A stretch of DNA of 64,000 nt from Rubripirellula sp. (lineage in GTDB: Bacteria; Planctomycetota; Planctomycetia; Pirellulales; Pirellulaceae). Positions 59,294 through 64,000 of this stretch are shown one piece after another. The notes under the pieces are model-generated. The model searched no databases, was not told the DNA's origin, and saw only the letters and a list, made by a program, of their open reading frames with translations. Positions within the stretch are counted from its first letter, which is position 1, and each line of letters opens with the position of its first letter. Made by a program: the position numbers and the translations under genes. The DNA lies in contig OZ244207.1 of NCBI GenBank assembly GCA_965216875.1, positions 3,808,001 through 3,872,000 on the forward strand, given 5' to 3'.

Positions 59294-62068
59294 GTGGGGC
59301 CAGAAGATCAAGAGTTGATCGATGAATTTGTCATCGAATCAAACGAACATCTATCAGACATTGAAGGTCAACTTCTTAGCATCGAATCGGCGGGCGCTGA
59401 TATCGATGTCGACCTAGTCAATACAGTCTTTCGCGGCGTGCACTCGATCAAAGGAGCCGCCGGCTTCTTGGGTTTGACGCGCGTCAACGAACTCGCACAC
59501 GCGATTGAGAATGTGTTGAACCTGATGCGAGAGCGGACGCTCGTTCCGACCTCGGCCATCATCAACGTCATGCTTTCCGCGTCGGACACTTTGCAGTCGA
59601 TGCTGGACGACATCTTCAATTCAAACGATGTCGATGTATCGAGCCACGTGACGACGCTTGAAGCGATCGCCGAGGGTGGCAACGGCGATGCAGCACCGAG
59701 TGAGGACGAAACGGCTGCAACCGAGCAACCTGCAGCTGAAATGCCCGAGGAAGTGGCCGCCCAAGCACCTGCTCCCGTCGCTGAGACCCCGGTCGCTGAA
59801 GCTCCCGCTGCCAAAGCTCCAGAGCCGCAACCCGCGCCCGAGCCCGCGCCAGCTCCGAAGCCAAAACCGGCTGCCAAGAAACCCGACAATGACGCTGCCG
59901 GCGCCAAGTCTTCCGGCAGTGCTTCCGAAACCAACATCCGCGTCTCCGTCGAAGCACTCGACCGCCTCATGAACCTGGCGGGCGAACTCGTGCTCGGTCG
60001 TAACCAATTGATGCAAACCATCGCGGTTGGTGAGACAAGCGGACTTGAGGCCGTTGCCGCCAAAGTCAACCAAGTCACCTGCGAAATGCAAGACGCTGTG
60101 ATGCAGACGCGCATGCAGCCCATCGGCAACGTTTTCAACCGATTCAATCGCGTTGTTCGTGACCTGAGTGCCAAACTCGGCAAACGATGCCGACTGACCA
60201 TCGAAGGCAAAGACGTCGAAGTCGATAAGACGATCATCGAAGCAATCGCCGACCCACTGACGCACCTCGTTCGAAATGCCATCGACCACGGTCTGGAAAC
60301 CCCAGACATTCGCGACGCCAATGGCAAACCTGCCGAAGGCGAACTGAGTCTGCGAGCATTCCACCAATCGGGCAAGGTCTGCATCGAGATCGCTGACGAC
60401 GGCGGCGGAATCGACACCGAGAAGATCAAGCAAAAAGCAATCGACAAGGGATTGATCACCGAAGATCAAGCCTCCGACATGCACGGCCGCGATGCCTTGC
60501 GACTCATTTTCGCACCTGGCTTCTCGACGGCCGAACAAATCAGCGACGTCAGTGGTCGCGGTGTCGGGATGGATGTCGTCCGTACCAACATCGAACGTCT
60601 CGGCGGTGCCGTCGAAATCGAATCGAATCTCGGCGAAGGGACAACCATCCAGGTCAAGTTGCCGCTGACCTTGGCAATCATTCCGTCGCTCATCGTTCAC
60701 TGCCGCGGCAGCCGATTTGCGATCCCTCAGCTGAACATCGTCGAATTGGTACGGATTCGCCGCCGCGAACTCGACACTCGCATTGGCACCGTCAAGAATG
60801 CCGAAGTCTTGCGATTGCGAGGCTGCTTGTTGCCATTGGTTCGACTTGGCGACGCGTTGAACCTCCAATCCGATGAAGGTGACGACTCCAACGGCGAACG
60901 TGAAGCTCTAAGCATCATCGTTGTCGAAACGGGCCAACAACGCTTTGGCTTGATCGTGGACGGTCTTTTCGATTCGGAAGAAATCGTCGTCAAGCCGCTC
61001 GGTCGCCATTTGAACGAATGCCGGTGCTTGTCGGGAGCCACCATCCTGGGTGACGGACGCATTGCATTGATCCTTGACGTTGCCGGCATCGGCCAACACG
61101 TCCAACTGGATGCGACCGCTGACGTTTCCAACCGAATCGATACCGCTCACGACGAAGAACAAGAAATCGAAGGCGACACTCAGTCGTTGCTGTTGTTCAA
61201 CAACCACGACGACGAGCAGTTTGCAGTGCCGATGGGTGTTGTGTCGCGAATCGAACGTATCCAGTGGAGTCAGACCTGCGAAGTTGGCAACCAGCTTCTC
61301 TTGCAGTACCCCGACCGCTCGCTACCGTTGATTCGACTCGAAAACGAAATCAACGCATCGGCACCTACCGATGTCGAACGCGTCTTCATCGTGGTGTTCG
61401 AGGTTTCCGGCAAGGAATTCGGCCTGATTGCACCAATCCTTCACGACGTCCGAACCGTCACCGCGGTTGTTGACGACGCGACGTTGCAAGAATCTGGCGT
61501 GATCGGTTCACTTGTGATCGACGAAACAACAACGCGTCTGTTGGACATGCACGAATTGGTTCTCACCAACCATGCCGGTTGGTTGACCAAACGTTCGCAA
61601 GCCGAAGAAGAAACTCCGATCCGCATCCTGTTGGTCGAAGACTCGAACTTCTTCCGCCGACAGGTCCGCAAACAGCTCGAACAAGACGGTTTCGAAATCA
61701 CCGAAGCGGTCGATGGGCAAGAAGGCTGGGAAATCGTGCAGCGAGACCCATCGCAATTCGATCTGCTGGTGACCGACATCGAAATGCCTCGCATGAATGG
61801 ATTTGAATTCTGCAAGCGAGTCAAGCGAGACCCAGCCACCAATCAGCTTCCAGTGATCGCACTGACGTCACTTGCGGGTGATGAAGACATGCGAAAGGGC
61901 ATCGAATGCGGCGTCGACGACTACCAAGTCAAACTCGACCGCGAAGAACTGCTCAAAGCCATCCAGCGGCTGATGCCCGAAAAGGCTGCCAAACGCTCGA
62001 CCAAGCCAATCGTTGCTCCGGTCGTGGCCCCTGCTGCAGCTCCAATCATGCCGGGCGCGTTGGTCTAG
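59294..62068 (+). CDS. cheA: Hybrid CheA (HPt-linker-dimer-HATPase-CheW-CheW-REC)
   Basis: FRGVHSIKGAAG, IRVSVEALDRLMNL, HLVRNAIDHG, GFSTAE..SGRGVGMDVV, LPLTLAI, C-terminal LLVEDS..TDIEMP. Confidence 0.96.
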   Translation: MGPEDQELIDEFVIESNEHLSDIEGQLLSIESAGADIDVDLVNTVFRGVHSIKGAAGFLGLTRVNELAHAIENVLNLMRERTLVPTSAIINVMLSASDTLQSMLDDIFNSNDVDVSSHVTTLEAIAEGGNGDAAPSEDETAATEQPAAEMPEEVAAQAPAPVAETPVAEAPAAKAPEPQPAPEPAPAPKPKPAAKKPDNDAAGAKSSGSASETNIRVSVEALDRLMNLAGELVLGRNQLMQTIAVGETSGLEAVAAKVNQVTCEMQDAVMQTRMQPIGNVFNRFNRVVRDLSAKLGKRCRLTIEGKDVEVDKTIIEAIADPLTHLVRNAIDHGLETPDIRDANGKPAEGELSLRAFHQSGKVCIEIADDGGGIDTEKIKQKAIDKGLITEDQASDMHGRDALRLIFAPGFSTAEQISDVSGRGVGMDVVRTNIERLGGAVEIESNLGEGTTIQVKLPLTLAIIPSLIVHCRGSRFAIPQLNIVELVRIRRRELDTRIGTVKNAEVLRLRGCLLPLVRLGDALNLQSDEGDDSNGEREALSIIVVETGQQRFGLIVDGLFDSEEIVVKPLGRHLNECRCLSGATILGDGRIALILDVAGIGQHVQLDATADVSNRIDTAHDEEQEIEGDTQSLLLFNNHDDEQFAVPMGVVSRIERIQWSQTCEVGNQLLLQYPDRSLPLIRLENEINASAPTDVERVFIVVFEVSGKEFGLIAPILHDVRTVTAVVDDATLQESGVIGSLVIDETTTRLLDMHELVLTNHAGWLTKRSQAEEETPIRILLVEDSNFFRRQVRKQLEQDGFEITEAVDGQEGWEIVQRDPSQFDLLVTDIEMPRMNGFEFCKRVKRDPATNQLPVIALTSLAGDEDMRKGIECGVDDYQVKLDREELLKAIQRLMPEKAAKRSTKPIVAPVVAPAAAPIMPGALV

Positions 62069-62125
62069 CCGACGCCGCCTTCATCACAAAACAAAACCGC
62101 AACTTCCAAACAGGAAGCGAGACCT

Positions 62126-62581
62126 ATGTCCGCGTTAATCGAATCAACACCTTTGCAAGATACGGCCACGTCCCAGTACGTGTCCTTCTACCTCGGAAAC
62201 CTGCTGTTGGGACTTCCCATTCATCAGGTCCAAGAAATCAATCGTCACCTCGACGTCACACGAGTTCCTCACGCGGCCTACATGGTTCGCGGCGTGATCA
62301 ATCTTCGTGGCGAAGTGGTGACTGTGATCGATCTACCTCAGGTGTTGGGGCTGGCGCCGGCCGAAATCACTCGGTCCAGTCGAAATGTCATCGTGCACCA
62401 TGGAGATCAATTGATCGGTCTGATGGTCGACGATGTGGCGGACATTCTTGAGATCCACAAAAAGGAAATCACGGCACCACCGGCAAACGTCAGTGGCGTC
62501 GACGGCAAGTTCTTCAAAGGCGTTTACACCACGACCGATGACATCGTTGTCATCTTGGACTTGCAAGAAACGCTTTCCTAA
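62126..62581 (+). CDS. cheW: Chemotaxis adaptor CheW
   Basis: VQEIN, TRVPHA..VRGVINLRGEVVTVIDL, GLMVDDV. Confidence 0.96.
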   Translation: MSALIESTPLQDTATSQYVSFYLGNLLLGLPIHQVQEINRHLDVTRVPHAAYMVRGVINLRGEVVTVIDLPQVLGLAPAEITRSSRNVIVHHGDQLIGLMVDDVADILEIHKKEITAPPANVSGVDGKFFKGVYTTTDDIVVILDLQETLS

Positions 62582-62650
62582 ACACGAAACAAACCGTTCA
62601 TCGCGATTTGAAAACACCTACACAACAATTGATGATCAAGGGGCAAAACA

Positions 62651-64000
62651 ATGAACCTCACCATTCGTAAGAAATTAATGATCGGCTGTATGCTTACGGG
62701 CATCATCGCCACAGCCGGTGCCGTCGGCATGGCTTGGCAAGCCGCTACGCAAGCAGCGGACATTACTGCAAACGGCTTTATGTCGCTTGCGGTCGACGTT
62801 GCAGACAAGATCGACCGCAACCTGTTCGAGCGCTACGGCGATGTCCAAGCGTTCGCCATGAACGGTGCGGCCCAAGACCGTGACGCGTGGCACAATAACG
62901 ACGACGACAACCCGCTTGTCGAAGCGATGAATGGCTACGTCGACAACTATGACATTTATTACCTGACCATGCTGGTCGACCTCGATGGCAAGGTTGCCGC
63001 GGTCAACACCAAAGATTCTGACGGACGAAAGATCGACACCTCTTCCGTCCTCAACGCCAACTTCGCCGATGCGAAATGGTTCAAAGACGCCCGCGACGGA
63101 CGTTTCTACGCTTCCGAAGATGGTTCCTTTACGGGATCGGTCGTTGAAGACCTCTACGTCGACGATTCGGTCAAGCAAGTCTACGGCGACGAAGGTCTAG
63201 CACTCGGATTCGCGGCACCTGTTCGCGACGAAAAAGGCAACGTGATCGCCATTTGGAAAAACGTTGCGAAGTTCAGCTTGGTTGAGGAAGTTCTGCTGGC
63301 AACCTATGGCGATCTGAAGAAACGAGATCTCACCACGGCCGAACTAACGATCCTCAATGGAACAGGACACGTCATCGTTGACTGCGACCCAACGAAGACC
63401 GGCAGCGAATCAATCAAACGCGATCTCGACGTGATCGGCAAGTTCAAGCTCGTCGGCAAGAACGTTGAATCGGCCGACCGCGTGCACGATGGCGAAACCG
63501 GTGCCATCAAGTACTCATTCCACGCACGGAAGAAGATCTACCAATGTGCTGGCTTCGCTCCGACGCGAGGAGCACTCGGATTCCCTGGCATGAACTGGAA
63601 CGTGCTCGTACGGGCAGATGCAAGCGAAGCACTCGCAAGCGTCAAATCGCTCAAGTCGATGATCATCTACTTCTCGGTCATCATGTTGGGTGCCGTCGTC
63701 TTCATGTCTTGGTTCCTGGCAAACCGCCTGACCAGCCCCATTAAGCGAGCTGGCGAAAACCTCAAGCGAATGGCTGCTGGCGACCTGACACAACGAATGG
63801 ACACCGGAGACGGTTATGAGTTTGACCAAATGGCCGACTCCTTCAACACGTTCGCTGCAAGCATCGAAGGTGTGATGGAAAATCTCGCCTCCAACGCAAA
63901 CGTCCTGAACAATTCGTCGACCGATCTCTCGAGCGTGTCACACGATTTGGCCAGCGGTGCTGAAGAAGCCACGGGTCAATCGGGAACGGTTGCCGCAGCT
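62651..64000 (+). CDS. Methyl-accepting chemotaxis protein (Cache-like sensor, HAMP), truncated by the window end
   Basis: Own translation from ATG 62651: TM1, KIDRNLFERYGDVQAF, APVRDEKGNVI, TM2, GDLTQRM..EFDQMADSFN HAMP, start of methylation helix; missing from the ORF track because no stop falls in the window. Confidence 0.93.
   Translation, partial: MNLTIRKKLMIGCMLTGIIATAGAVGMAWQAATQAADITANGFMSLAVDVADKIDRNLFERYGDVQAFAMNGAAQDRDAWHNNDDDNPLVEAMNGYVDNYDIYYLTMLVDLDGKVAAVNTKDSDGRKIDTSSVLNANFADAKWFKDARDGRFYASEDGSFTGSVVEDLYVDDSVKQVYGDEGLALGFAAPVRDEKGNVIAIWKNVAKFSLVEEVLLATYGDLKKRDLTTAELTILNGTGHVIVDCDPTKTGSESIKRDLDVIGKFKLVGKNVESADRVHDGETGAIKYSFHARKKIYQCAGFAPTRGALGFPGMNWNVLVRADASEALASVKSLKSMIIYFSVIMLGAVVFMSWFLANRLTSPIKRAGENLKRMAAGDLTQRMDTGDGYEFDQMADSFNTFAASIEGVMENLASNANVLNNSSTDLSSVSHDLASGAEEATGQSGTVAAA

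Overview
GC-rich chromosomal window, almost certainly from a Planctomycete (Pirellulaceae-like), judged from the DUF1559 prepilin-like gene, TIGR02996 domain, BBP7-like barrel and weak Shine-Dalgarno use. The first ~39 kb is mostly housekeeping and hypothetical genes: M24 peptidase-accB-accC, two trans-sulfuration enzymes, GT4, NUDIX, cca, tmk, eno, ribE, rsmA, tadA, GntP-family transporter, fumC, actP/DUF485 and a Tat-signal amidinotransferase. Then come a sigma54 two-component pair divergent from a DUF1559 gene (with a -24/-12 promoter), a 13-kb MoxR/DUF58/vWA operon, and a chemotaxis cluster (cheX x2, cheY / hybrid cheA, cheW, MCP truncated by the window end). The non-coding DNA is the most unusual part. 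It holds a compact SAM-II/SAM-V-like pseudoknot over the start of the met operon, two long structured intergenic RNA candidates (about 1735-2100 and 43384-43702), a 5 x ~200-bp tandem array of palindromic units, and about nine distinct REP-like repeat families, several of which supply gene stop codons. No tRNA, rRNA, CRISPR array or transposase was seen. All family assignments come from motif recognition by eye; no database search was run.
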